Shown piece by piece: positions 1 to 8,964 of a stretch of DNA of 64,000 bases. The stretch's first letter is position 1. Each line of letters opens with the position of its first letter. A program made the translations under genes and the position numbers. The notes beneath the pieces were generated by a model. It saw only the letters and a program-made list of their open reading frames with translations. It did no database searches and was not told the DNA's origin. The stretch covers positions 57,519 to 121,518 of IMG/VR virus record IMGVR_UViG_3300025132_000022, one strand, 5' to 3'. This DNA is from a virus.

Positions 1-1379
1 AGCGTACCAGATACACCAAAGAGGACTGCGTCATTCTTTCTACCACCGTTAGTTGAAAGCGAAAGACCTTGTGTAGATCCAATCTTGAAAAGAAGATCTG
101 CACCTGCGCCTCCGCCTGCGTTACCTAAGATCACGCTTGCGACGCCTGCTGAACCAGATCCTGCCGTACCACCGATTTGAAGACCAGCGCCCTCAAGAGC
201 GTCGCCTGCTGAACCTGATGCTGCTGCAATAATCTGCTTATTAGCAATTTCAAAATGCTCTGAAGTTGTAATACTAGATTTGTAAGTTCTTGCATCGAGT
301 TGATCTACAACCAACTTGTGGAACTTACCAGACGAACCAGAAAGATCATTAGCAGTCACAACATGAAGATTTGACGTACCTGATGATGTAATGTTTGTAG
401 CAACCACCTTACGGAAATCACCTTCATCACCGTCAATCTTGTGAAAGAGTGACGTGCCAGAAGACGTAACTACTGTTGCAATTGCCTTGCGGAAATCACC
501 CTCGTCAGCATCCAACTTGTGGATTGTTGAAGTTCCTGAACCAGTGAATACAGTTGCAATCGCCTTGTTGAACGTACCTTCATCAACGTCTGCTTTGTGA
601 ACATGAATATTGTTTGAAGCAGAAAGATTAGTTGTCTTGATTACGTTAAAAGTACCCTCATCTACATCCACTTTGTGAATTGATGCTGTACCAGAACCAG
701 TGATTGTAGTAGCAACAAGTTTTCTAGTGTCTACTTCGTTTGCATCCAACTTGTGAATTGTTGAAGTTCCTGAACCAGAAATTTGATTTGCATATACATA
801 CTGGAATCTTCTACCTGCTGCACCAAGATTTAGTCCCAAATCTGTTGCTGGTTGAAGTGCTGTTGCAGTGAGTTCCAACTCGTCAGAACCATTGATATTG
901 AATGAAAGTGTTGTCTTAGCATTCACTGTAAGTCCAGTTTTAGAGTCTGCGTAGATCTCGCCCGTAGAACCTGAAATAGCAGTGTATGCGAACACCACCT
1001 TACCACCATCAGACGCAGTCAGGTGTACACCGTCAGTCCTGATTTTAGAAATTGCATCCATTGCGTTGGTACCGCCTGCGCCGTGGAACTGAATGTGCCC
1101 CTCGTCACCGACTGCTGCGTTTGACGCAGATACTGCTGCCTTGAGATGTGCGAACGTTACCGTCCTCATACCACCGCCGTCGCCCTTTGATGCGGAAACG
1201 ATCAAGACGTCCGCATCTTCAAGATGTGCAACGTCGTTTCTTGCCTGAAACAGGTCTAAGTGACCAACTTGAACTGAACCTGATTGAATTTTGTCTCTCG
1301 TGATTACCGACGTGCTAAGTTTTGCAGTGGTAATCGCGGAATCGGCCAAGAGTTTTGTGCCTATTTTTGTTTTAGCCAT
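1..1379 (-). CDS. Tail fibre / fibrous virion protein with 26-aa His-containing repeats (3' end runs off the window)
   Basis: Missing from the ORF track. ATG at 1377-1379 follows AAGGAG, and the frame stays open to the window edge (MAKTKIGTKLLADSAITTAKL...LFGVSGT). It is G/S/T/A-rich, has a fibre-type 'LNLGAAGRRFQYVYA' motif and carries tandem repeats. Confidence 0.75.
   Translation of the reverse strand, partial: MAKTKIGTKLLADSAITTAKLSTSVITRDKIQSGSVQVGHLDLFQARNDVAHLEDADVLIVSASKGDGGGMRTVTFAHLKAAVSASNAAVGDEGHIQFHGAGGTNAMDAISKIRTDGVHLTASDGGKVVFAYTAISGSTGEIYADSKTGLTVNAKTTLSFNINGSDELELTATALQPATDLGLNLGAAGRRFQYVYANQISGSGTSTIHKLDANEVDTRKLVATTITGSGTASIHKVDVDEGTFNVIKTTNLSASNNIHVHKADVDEGTFNKAIATVFTGSGTSTIHKLDADEGDFRKAIATVVTSSGTSLFHKIDGDEGDFRKVVATNITSSGTSNLHVVTANDLSGSSGKFHKLVVDQLDARTYKSSITTSEHFEIANKQIIAAASGSAGDALEGAGLQIGGTAGSGSAGVASVILGNAGGGAGADLLFKIGSTQGLSLSTNGGRKNDAVLFGVSGT
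366..780 (-). repeat. Five in-frame 78-nt (26-aa) tandem repeats, consensus about HK.D.DEG.F.K..AT..T.SGTS.I
   Basis: On the + strand, ttgtg (His-Lys codons) recurs at 439, 517, 595, 673 and 751, exactly 78 nt apart. Confidence 0.9.
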
Positions 1380-1452
1380 TTTAATTGCTCCTTAAATGTA
1401 TTGTTATTTTTTTACACGAACAAAAACCAAACAGCATATAAAACGGACTGGT

Positions 1453-1668
1453 TTATGAGAAGAGAACCTTCTTTAAATTTCTAACGTTATTATCAAACTT
1501 ACAAAACTCAGAATTCAAAAACTCTAACGAAAGAGCTTGGCACTCACCCAACCGATCATCAAACTCAAAATGAAACTTTCCTGAATCTAACCGCCTACAT
1601 CTAATCAGGTTAATACCCTTCAACTGTAAGTAAGCGGCGATCCCTATATCAGATGTTGTAAAATTCAT
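1453..1668 (-). CDS. Small protein, DUF5659-like
   Basis: 71 aa with the pattern 'F.TSD...AAYL...G..L.......K..F.F'. Upstream GAGG SD and ACTATTTA motif. Confidence 0.55.
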   Translation of the reverse strand: MNFTTSDIGIAAYLQLKGINLIRCRRLDSGKFHFEFDDRLGECQALSLEFLNSEFCKFDNNVRNLKKVLFS

Positions 1669-1690
1669 ACTATATTATACCTCTCTCACC

Positions 1691-1698
1691 TAAATAGT
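1691..1698 (-). promoter_or_regulatory. ACTATTTA motif (candidate phage late promoter)
   Basis: Intergenic, about 23 nt upstream of the ATG at 1668. The same motif recurs upstream of many genes. Confidence 0.55.
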
Positions 1699-1700
1699 GC

Positions 1701-2132
1701 CTACTGCTTAACAAATGCTAGATTTCCTGACCCAGCTTCATCTAATTCTAGTGTATATCCTGCATTTGGGTCCAATGAGTACCTTTCTCTGAGTTCTTGG
1801 ACAAATTTTTCGTTATTTTCACGAACATTTTCAATTTCTTCAAGTTTTAAGAGTTTCTGCACTTCATGATCCCTCATGTAAACACCGTATTCTGTGAGTC
1901 TTGAGTTGAGCAAATCCCTGTTTGCGAAGAACGTCTTCGTATCTGATGGTTCCAAAACAACATAAGAATCGTCAATCTCCTCCTCTTCAGTATCTGTCCA
2001 CTCTTCCTCGATATCTTCTGGGTTTACGCCCGACTTCAGTGTCTCTGCGGCAAGCAATGCCTTATTTGCCAACTCTGGATTTTCTTCCTTTAACTCGTCC
2101 AGCATCCCTAATAATTTATTCAAAACTGACAT
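1701..2132 (-). CDS. Acidic hypothetical protein
   Basis: 143-aa ORF with a strong AAGGAGG SD and a Glu-rich helical composition. Confidence 0.7.
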   Translation of the reverse strand: MSVLNKLLGMLDELKEENPELANKALLAAETLKSGVNPEDIEEEWTDTEEEEIDDSYVVLEPSDTKTFFANRDLLNSRLTEYGVYMRDHEVQKLLKLEEIENVRENNEKFVQELRERYSLDPNAGYTLELDEAGSGNLAFVKQ

Positions 2133-2146
2133 TCTCTACCTCCTTA

Positions 2147-3376
2147 TTAATCAGCAATATAACTAAATAGTATGTTTGCACCATTTGCTGGCGCTTCTTC
2201 GAAAGTAACTGTTCTACTACTTAAAGTATAGTCGTTATCTGCTCCGACTCTCATCAATATTCCCTGGTTGAACACCATCAAAGTACCGTCAACAAACTGA
2301 TCTGGTACAGTAAACTGCACTCTGTTGCCGTCTGCTGTTTCTGCTGGTACCTGGGCGACTTTATAGTTTGTCTTTGTCACAGCATCTGCGGAACTAACTC
2401 CACTCCCTCCCCCACTGCTTGCGCCGCTTGACACGGCAGATGTGGTCACTGCTCCTGGGTTCCTTCTTTGAGGATAATTAGCAATGTTGTCATCAATTCT
2501 GGATGTCAACAAGTCTGACTTTAATCCTTCCAGCCCGTACAATCTTCCATTGGCAGTATCTAGATCATCAGCAGTAACTATCCTCTCTCTTGGTATTTTG
2601 ACCTCTACTATATTCTCTCTAATGGATAAATTTGGTTGCAATCGATTTGCACCCTCGCCTGTCAACCAACCAAGGACTTCAATATTTATTTTAGTTTCAA
2701 ACTTTCTCTCCTCGTTAGAGAAACTACTGATATTGTTGCTTTGTGAAAAACTTTCCTGAACGAATGCTTCGTATCTTAATCTGCCTTCTTCTATGATTAC
2801 ATAGTTTATGCCACCTGGTCTCGTTATGAACGGGGTGACGACCTGGTTCATTTGTTGTTGATACTCTGTTCTTAGTGTTATTTCATACTCGACTGTCACA
2901 TAGACTGGCAGGGGTATCGTTAAAGTCTCATAGACTACTTTGCTGTTTTTGCGTGGAAAGTTTAGTTGCCCCGCTCGCTTCATCATTGATGAGTTTGCAA
3001 AGTTGGCAGTCTTATCCTGCTTTATTCTCCTGGATACGGATATCGAACCTCCTCTAACTCTGTCAATTGGAGGAATGTTTGCATAGACAGTTCCTTTGCG
3101 GGACGGATCCTTAGTTACATTGGTTCTCTCTATTGTTATGATCGGTAAAATTAGCGTTCCTTCGGCATCCCTGAATCTGCTGTCCTTCTTACTTAGAAAC
3201 ATTCTCTCAGCAGATGTCCAGACAACTGGCACTTTCTTGAACCCATTCGAAGTTATACACCTGATGTCCAACGTTTCGTTAATAAACTTGTGCATCGCCA
3301 AATCTACAGTCTCAATCGTAGATGGAGGAAAGGGTATGTCTTCAATTCTGCGAGATTTTGTTACTGATAATACCAT
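2147..3376 (-). CDS. Tail terminator / sheath stabiliser, T4 gp15-like (copy 2, with C-terminal beta-sandwich extension)
   Basis: Motifs 'KKVPV', 'LPIITIERT' and 'P.PVYVTVEYEITLRTEYQQQMNQ' are typical of gp15-like proteins, and the gene lies downstream of the neck genes. A Ser/Gly linker precedes a 'DGNRVQFTV...NDYTLS..TVTFEEAP..G..I' module. Confidence 0.7.
   Translation of the reverse strand: MVLSVTKSRRIEDIPFPPSTIETVDLAMHKFINETLDIRCITSNGFKKVPVVWTSAERMFLSKKDSRFRDAEGTLILPIITIERTNVTKDPSRKGTVYANIPPIDRVRGGSISVSRRIKQDKTANFANSSMMKRAGQLNFPRKNSKVVYETLTIPLPVYVTVEYEITLRTEYQQQMNQVVTPFITRPGGINYVIIEEGRLRYEAFVQESFSQSNNISSFSNEERKFETKINIEVLGWLTGEGANRLQPNLSIRENIVEVKIPRERIVTADDLDTANGRLYGLEGLKSDLLTSRIDDNIANYPQRRNPGAVTTSAVSSGASSGGGSGVSSADAVTKTNYKVAQVPAETADGNRVQFTVPDQFVDGTLMVFNQGILMRVGADNDYTLSSRTVTFEEAPANGANILFSYIAD
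2164..2171 (-). promoter_or_regulatory. ACTATTTA motif inside the 3' end of the upstream gene
   Basis: About 32 nt upstream of the ATG at 2132, within the codons for ILFS. Confidence 0.5.
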
Positions 3377-3379
3377 GCC

Positions 3380-4225
3380 TTACAACCCATACCTTGCCAA
3401 CTCGTCAGGATCAACTATTGTCCTTTCTCTGGGTATCTTGACTTCTACCACTGTTTCGTTTATCGCCTTGTGTGGCGTTTCTTGATTTATGCCACTGCCG
3501 ATCAAGTGTCCCAAAACTTTTATGTCGAATTTGGTCTCAAACTTTCTTTCCTCGTTGGAGAAGTTGCTTATGTTATTCTCATGAGAATACTCCTGCTGAA
3601 TAAACCCTTCGTACCTGTGGTTCTGATCTCTGATAATTATGTAGTTTATGCCGCCTGGAACTGTCATAAAGGGTACCACAAGGTCGTTCATTTGCTGCTG
3701 GTACTCCGTTCTAATGGTGATTTGATACATCACCGTAATGTAGATTGGCAACGGAATAGAGACCGTCTTATACACGGTTTTTTCAGTTTTATCTGGAAAG
3801 TTTAGTTGTCCCCTTTTTCGCAAAGCATGAGCGTTTTTATAATTCGAGGTCTTACCTTGAACGATTTTCTGCATAACTGGAATCGTGCCACCCTTAACCT
3901 GGTCGGTTGATGGGATGTTTGCCCAAACGGTCCCCTTTTCGTTAGGACTCTTGATCATCGAAGTCCTCTCTATCGTCATGATGGGCATAATCAGTGCGCC
4001 TTCATCGTCTCTAACTCTATTGTCTTTCTTGCTGAGTGCTGATCTTTCCGCTGAGACCATTAGGACTGGGACTTTTTTCATGCCGCTGGGACTATTCGTG
4101 TGCAAATTCATCTGTTCGTCCACAAACTTATACATCGCAGCGTCTATGTTCTCTATCCTAGAGTCAAACACTCGCTTTCCTTCGTATTCATTTAACGGTT
4201 TGCTAAAAGGTTTATGACGTTCCAT
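3380..4225 (-). CDS. Tail terminator / sheath stabiliser, T4 gp15-like (copy 1)
   Basis: Clear paralogue of 2147..3376, sharing RTEYQQQMN, PGGINY, FSNEERKFETK and VEVKIPRER. It follows the gp14-like gene. Confidence 0.7.
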   Translation of the reverse strand: MERHKPFSKPLNEYEGKRVFDSRIENIDAAMYKFVDEQMNLHTNSPSGMKKVPVLMVSAERSALSKKDNRVRDDEGALIMPIMTIERTSMIKSPNEKGTVWANIPSTDQVKGGTIPVMQKIVQGKTSNYKNAHALRKRGQLNFPDKTEKTVYKTVSIPLPIYITVMYQITIRTEYQQQMNDLVVPFMTVPGGINYIIIRDQNHRYEGFIQQEYSHENNISNFSNEERKFETKFDIKVLGHLIGSGINQETPHKAINETVVEVKIPRERTIVDPDELARYGL

Positions 4226-4703
4226 TGAATAGTCCCTCTCTCGCCTTTATGCACTCTGCGGTTATCTCCATCATGTGCTCTCTTTGACCAAAAATCTGCC
4301 TTGGTTCGTTCAAGGTCGCAATCTCATAATACGTTTCGCCATATAGGACGAAATCACCCTCCCTAACAAACAAGTTCTGATCTTCGGTCAGTCTTCTCTT
4401 ATGAAAGTGGACCATGATCTTTGATTTTCTATCTACCCCAAGATTGGTTGTCTCTGTCTCGTAACCTTGCCACTCCACAAGAGCGTGAACCATGATTGGA
4501 TTTAAAAAAGTCTTGTTCAGTGCTTCGCCATAGATGGGATGAAAGTTGGTCTCTTCAATGGAAACGGGATAGTAGACAATCTGCTGCCCAATCACTCTTT
4601 CGACGACTTCGTCACTAACCTGCTTTACAAGATCGCGTTCTTTTTTACCCGTAAAAAGAGGTGGTGGTGGTGCGTCTGGTTGGTTCCATTTGTTATCACC
4701 CAT
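4212..4703 (-). CDS. Neck / head-closure protein, T4 gp14-like
   Basis: 'E...IGQQIVYY', 'IYGE...K.F' and 'REGDFV' motifs. It sits between the gp13-like and gp15-like genes. Confidence 0.7.
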   Translation of the reverse strand: MGDNKWNQPDAPPPPLFTGKKERDLVKQVSDEVVERVIGQQIVYYPVSIEETNFHPIYGEALNKTFLNPIMVHALVEWQGYETETTNLGVDRKSKIMVHFHKRRLTEDQNLFVREGDFVLYGETYYEIATLNEPRQIFGQREHMMEITAECIKAREGLFNGTS

Positions 4704-4709
4704 ACTTTA

Positions 4710-5963
4710 TCACCCCACGTATACCGAATATGGTATCCTTTGTAAAACTTTTTCTGATGCGTCAACTGCTGCTGCTTCTTGTTCCGCTATCTTCTGATAG
4801 GTTAATTCAGCGAGTGTAGACTTCAACTCTTCTCTAAGTGAGTTCTGCTCTTCTTTTCCTTGCGATACTAGGTCTGAACCATTTAGTGTCACACTGTCAC
4901 CTGGAATCGGTAATGATGCAAATTTCGACCTAACCTGTCCCAAGGTTTCCTTGGATAGCGCCAGTGCAAACCTTCTAATCCATTGCTTACCTATCGAATT
5001 TATAGTATCGTACGGCAAATTAGAGAATGGCAATGTATTCATGTTGTTGACGCCTTCCAACTCACCTCGACCATTGCTGTCATCCTCTAGGTTTGACGAA
5101 GGCACAGAGAACTCAACCCACATCTTCGTGGGTCCTCCAGAATACGGACATGGAAAAAGTCTTATTTTATTATTCCTTAACTCGTATGACCAGTGGGACA
5201 TTCTAGTGTATATCGCATCCTCAAAAGCAAGCGCTTGAGACTTGTTTTGCCATGATGGTACAAGTTGAAAAGTGGAATCATCTGAAAATTGTCCATAATT
5301 GTGGAAATTACCAACCACATTCAGTCCGCCGTAGTACCCATAGAATCTCCACATTGCACTGGGCGTCTTGTAATACACTTTCTTGATCAGTACTCTTTTG
5401 CCATTGATCTTGCCAGTGTATGGTTTGCCCGTCTCAGAAGAAATTATGTCTTGTAAATCATAGTCCTGCTGTCCCACAGTGACATCAAACGACGCGGAGT
5501 ACTGTACGGAATCTTTAAGTCCTATCTCGGAACCCATCCTCTCTGACACTCTTCTTGACATACCGTAATCGAACTTTGGATACTTAAGACTACCAGATGC
5601 TGCGCCAGAAGTTAATTCACCCTTGTGATCGAAGGTTCCCGTTGCATGACCCAAGAAACTGGGTAAGGCGTTGTTTGCCTGATGTACATTGATAAGATAT
5701 GAATACTCAAGCACCGCTTCTTCATATGAAGCGTAAATATTCCCGTCCGACAATTCAATATCTAAAACGTCGCCGCCTAATTTCTTATACGTATATGCAA
5801 CCTGGTCTACTGCACCAGATACAAAATTGCCTGAAAAGAGCGTACTGGTGTTGTCAGAATAAATTTTATATGGTAATAGTCTGTTTACGTTACCGTGACT
5901 TCCAGTTTCTGGTAAGATGCTCTTACTAGAATTACTAGCAGGTCTCAAATTTGGTAAAGCCAT
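4710..5963 (-). CDS. Neck / head-tail adaptor protein, T4 gp13-like
   Basis: N-terminal 'LGGDVLDIEL' and C-terminal 'WIRRFALALSKETLGQVRSKF..PIPG..VTLNG..L' are gp13-family hallmarks. GGAGG SD. Confidence 0.85.
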   Translation of the reverse strand: MALPNLRPASNSSKSILPETGSHGNVNRLLPYKIYSDNTSTLFSGNFVSGAVDQVAYTYKKLGGDVLDIELSDGNIYASYEEAVLEYSYLINVHQANNALPSFLGHATGTFDHKGELTSGAASGSLKYPKFDYGMSRRVSERMGSEIGLKDSVQYSASFDVTVGQQDYDLQDIISSETGKPYTGKINGKRVLIKKVYYKTPSAMWRFYGYYGGLNVVGNFHNYGQFSDDSTFQLVPSWQNKSQALAFEDAIYTRMSHWSYELRNNKIRLFPCPYSGGPTKMWVEFSVPSSNLEDDSNGRGELEGVNNMNTLPFSNLPYDTINSIGKQWIRRFALALSKETLGQVRSKFASLPIPGDSVTLNGSDLVSQGKEEQNSLREELKSTLAELTYQKIAEQEAAAVDASEKVLQRIPYSVYVG

Positions 5964-5984
5964 TATTAGTCCTCCGTGCTTAAG

Positions 5985-5992
5985 TAAATAGT
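5985..5992 (-). promoter_or_regulatory. ACTATTTA motif (candidate late promoter)
   Basis: Intergenic, about 22 nt upstream of the neck gene ATG at 5963. Confidence 0.55.
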
Positions 5993-6028
5993 CTCAAACT
6001 TAACAAAACGCTAGGACTTCAAATTTCT

Positions 6029-6427
6029 TTATGCTTCTGCAGTCTTCTTTGCGGACCTTTTTCTCGTAGTTGTTTTGCGAGCAGGGGTAGTGCTTTTGGT
6101 AGTCGTAGTTGTTTTTCTACGTCTAGTCTGTTTCTTCTTGGGAGGCGGCGGAGCAACTTCTTGCACCTCTGGTTCCTCTACTTGAAGAAGTTCTAGTTCT
6201 GGTTGTGGTTCCCAGGGTGGAGTAATTTCTTTCTTCTCCACTGCGGGTTCGTTTACAACAACCTGTACCTGCTCTTCCTCTTTAACTTCCTCACTGGTGT
6301 TCATGTCAATTGTAACAACACCATTTGTGACATTGTGGCGAGCATTAAAACCCAAAGTCTCCCTCTTGAGAGCATACTTTCTAGCATACTTGCCTTTCAT
6401 CATTCTTTTTTTACGTTTACCCATCAT
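6029..6427 (-). CDS. Protein with basic N-terminus, acidic Pro-rich centre and K/R/T-rich histone-H1-like tail
   Basis: 132 aa, AAGGAG SD. The C-terminus reads KKKQTRRRKTTTTTKSTTPARKTTTRKRSAKK. Confidence 0.7.
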   Translation of the reverse strand: MMGKRKKRMMKGKYARKYALKRETLGFNARHNVTNGVVTIDMNTSEEVKEEEQVQVVVNEPAVEKKEITPPWEPQPELELLQVEEPEVQEVAPPPPKKKQTRRRKTTTTTKSTTPARKTTTRKRSAKKTAEA

Positions 6428-6475
6428 TAAACTCCTTTAACTAAAACGATCATACTATAACTAGGTTGAAAATAT

Positions 6476-6508
6476 AGAAAAACCCCCAACCAAATTGGAA
6501 GGGGGTTT
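6476..6508 (-). terminator. Rho-independent terminator
   Basis: The minus strand reads AAACCCCC-TTCCAATTTGGTT-GGGGG-TTTTT, downstream of 6529..6963. Confidence 0.8.
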
Positions 6509-6528
6509 AAGACATCCTCTAAGTCCTA

Positions 6529-6963
6529 TTAGGATACGAGTGGTGCTGCAGCGATCGAGTTGACCGCTTCTGCGCCGCCGCTGGATCTAGACAGAAGTGC
6601 CCACCCAGATGCTGTCCAGATGCATGTAACCGTTTCACCAATGTTTGTCAATGTAAACGATGCCCATGCGCCTGCGGTGGTGGCTGGGGTAACCGATGCC
6701 GCGTTGGTTGCGTGCAAACCTACAAAGTACTTCAACTGTCCTACCGTAGTACCATCTGCCAATGTAACAGCCATTGTGTCACCGTCCGAAGTTACCAAGG
6801 AAACTGGTACCGTTACGCTCGCAGCGCCTGCTGCTGTTATCGCTTCAGTACTTAGTGCCAAACTATTAACACCCGTTAGTCCTGCTCCACCCAAAGACAA
6901 CTCTCTCTTTAAATTCTCAATTAACGCCTCGACTCTCGCGAGTCCTACTCTTTTTGTACCCAT
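6529..6963 (-). CDS. Putative capsid decoration / head fibre protein
   Basis: Directly after the major capsid gene. A/T/G/S-rich beta content with 'TLADGT.VGQLK' and 'GETV.CIW...GW' motifs. GGAGG SD. Confidence 0.55.
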   Translation of the reverse strand: MGTKRVGLARVEALIENLKRELSLGGAGLTGVNSLALSTEAITAAGAASVTVPVSLVTSDGDTMAVTLADGTTVGQLKYFVGLHATNAASVTPATTAGAWASFTLTNIGETVTCIWTASGWALLSRSSGGAEAVNSIAAAPLVS

Positions 6964-7036
6964 ATCTATAACCCTCCATTGGTTTTACCATTTATAATCA
7001 TGTCATGAAACTGGGTAGATTCATACCATTCTCAAA

Positions 7037-7044
7037 TAACTAGT
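7037..7044 (-). promoter_or_regulatory. ACTAGTTA motif variant (candidate late promoter)
   Basis: Immediately downstream of the capsid-gene terminator and about 74 nt upstream of the ATG at 6963. Confidence 0.45.
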
Positions 7045-7049
7045 CTTAG

Positions 7050-7090
7050 AAAAAACGAAACCCCTGATCAAATTAATGACCAGGGGTTTT
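7050..7090 (-). terminator. Rho-independent terminator after the major capsid gene
   Basis: The minus strand reads AAAACCCCTGGTCA-TTAATT-TGATCAGGGGTTTCGTTTTTT. Confidence 0.85.
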
Positions 7091-7117
7091 GTTTCTAATC
7101 GTTAAGATTGTTAACTA

Positions 7118-8944
7118 TTAGCTAGTCGCACCTGCTTCGCCAGTGAGACCTCTCACGATAACAAGACCATACATATCTGGTCTAACCATCTTCTTAGCGT
7201 AACGGGTCATAACACCCTTACGTGGTACGAAATCTTCCGTACCGAAAATGGTAGGCGTTACCTGCAATGGTACGTATGGAGCGTATACGAAACCGCTCTC
7301 AAGGAAAGAATTTCCTCTACGACCTACAAGAAGGATGTTCCTTGGGAAGTATGGATCTACCATAACGTCAAACTTCTTGCTGAGTGATCCTGTCTTAACA
7401 GCACCGATGTCACCACGGTCAGCGTCTGCCGTAACAGAAGCGCGGAAACCGCTTGTGAACTCAAGGATGTTAGCAACCTCTGGTGAACAAACAACAAAGT
7501 TTGCACCACCGCGAAGTGTCTTTCTGTGGATCTGAGCACTTACGTCATTGATTGTCTCAATGAGAGTCTCATACCACTCGCTAACGGTACCAGTGAAGTC
7601 TGGCGCTGCCGAAGAAGCACCAATCTCTGCACCAGCGGAGTTAACGAAAAGACCTGGAGCGCGTGACCAGTAACGAGTACCAGCCTTAGCACCTTGGATA
7701 AGGTCACCAAGAATTTCTTGGTCGATTTCAAGAGCAATTTGCTCTGAAAGAATACCAGTTAACTCGACCTCTGCGTCCAAGTTGTGATAAGCATTGAGGT
7801 CCTGACCTAACTCAGGGGTCCACTTCGCCTTCAACTTCTTGGTCTGAGCGGTAACAGCAATACTGTCTACCTTGATGTCGATCTCTGCGATTCTTGAATC
7901 CTTTCCAAGTGAAGATCTGTTAGCGTTACCGTCAGCAGCGCCTTCCAATGGGAAGTCACTAGCAACAACAGCACCAAGACCACTTGGAGAACCTGCTGCG
8001 CCAAAACTATCATTCAAAGGATAGTTAGCGACACCGATTTGATCCTTGCCAGCGCCTGCTTCAAGAGCAGTGCCTTCGAAGTCAATCGAAGCGGCAGCGG
8101 TATCAACAAGAACGATACGAATCGTAGTGCTATCAACCTTCTGCGTCAAACGACGAACATGCTTTGTCGTTGTTCTGAAGTCGTCTACACCGCCGATGTT
8201 GTCGTCAAAACCACGGATCTTGCCCGCAGCAACCTGCAACTCAATTGCATTAAGCGCGTCTTCATTAAGGTTTGAGAGTGAATCAAAATCACAATCTAAA
8301 ACCTGGACCTTGTACGTTGTGTTTGCAAGAAGATCTGCGTCATATCTTACCAACTTCTTCTCAGCGTCATCAAGAGCAGATACCAACTTACCACCTGCGG
8401 CAAGTTGAATGGTCAGAATACCAAGACCTGCAGTATCCGCAGCATCGACAGAACCAGTTGCGTGCGTGTAACCAGTACCAAGGTCATAAAAACCACCAGC
8501 ACCGTCTTGGGTAAGATCCTCATCAAGGTTAACACCATTGATCAAGTTACGACCTACGACGTTACCACCATAGATTGACTCACCAGCGGTCATACCCGCA
8601 ACATTGTCACTGTGGACAAAATCCAAGAAGAAGATAAGTCCACTTGGAAGACTCATAGGCTGAACGCTTACGAGTTCGTTTGCAATCAATCCACCGAATA
8701 CACGACGGACGATTGGGAAAGCAACTGATGCGAAACCTTCGACATCACCTGCAGACATTGAGGATGCTTCACGGAGAAGCTCCTTTGCTTGGTTCTCAAG
8801 GAGAACCGCCATACCATTTTTCTGAGAATCGTTCGTAATACCCTCTAAAAGACCAGTCTTTTCCCACTTTTCAAGAAGTGCTTGACCTTCCTTAGAGACG
8901 TCACGTCGAACAATACCTTCAGTTAATTTTTCTAATACAGACAT
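7118..8944 (-). CDS. gp23: Major capsid protein, T4 gp23-like
   Basis: Motifs 'LLEKW..TGLLEG', 'VSVQPM..PSGLIF', 'KLKAKWTPELGQDL.AYH.LDAE.EL..ILSE.I..EID.EI' and 'YAPYVPL...F.P..GVMTRY'. AGGAGG SD. Confidence 0.97.
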   Translation of the reverse strand: MSVLEKLTEGIVRRDVSKEGQALLEKWEKTGLLEGITNDSQKNGMAVLLENQAKELLREASSMSAGDVEGFASVAFPIVRRVFGGLIANELVSVQPMSLPSGLIFFLDFVHSDNVAGMTAGESIYGGNVVGRNLINGVNLDEDLTQDGAGGFYDLGTGYTHATGSVDAADTAGLGILTIQLAAGGKLVSALDDAEKKLVRYDADLLANTTYKVQVLDCDFDSLSNLNEDALNAIELQVAAGKIRGFDDNIGGVDDFRTTTKHVRRLTQKVDSTTIRIVLVDTAAASIDFEGTALEAGAGKDQIGVANYPLNDSFGAAGSPSGLGAVVASDFPLEGAADGNANRSSLGKDSRIAEIDIKVDSIAVTAQTKKLKAKWTPELGQDLNAYHNLDAEVELTGILSEQIALEIDQEILGDLIQGAKAGTRYWSRAPGLFVNSAGAEIGASSAAPDFTGTVSEWYETLIETINDVSAQIHRKTLRGGANFVVCSPEVANILEFTSGFRASVTADADRGDIGAVKTGSLSKKFDVMVDPYFPRNILLVGRRGNSFLESGFVYAPYVPLQVTPTIFGTEDFVPRKGVMTRYAKKMVRPDMYGLVIVRGLTGEAGATS

Positions 8945-8964
8945 TGTATTGTAACCTCCTAATA

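Noticed and set aside
366-780. 78-nt periodic repeats as a CRISPR array or DGR template/variable repeat
   Set aside because: The repeats are in-frame, degenerate at synonymous positions and have no unique spacers. There is no adenine-specific mismatch pattern, and no cas or reverse transcriptase gene was seen.
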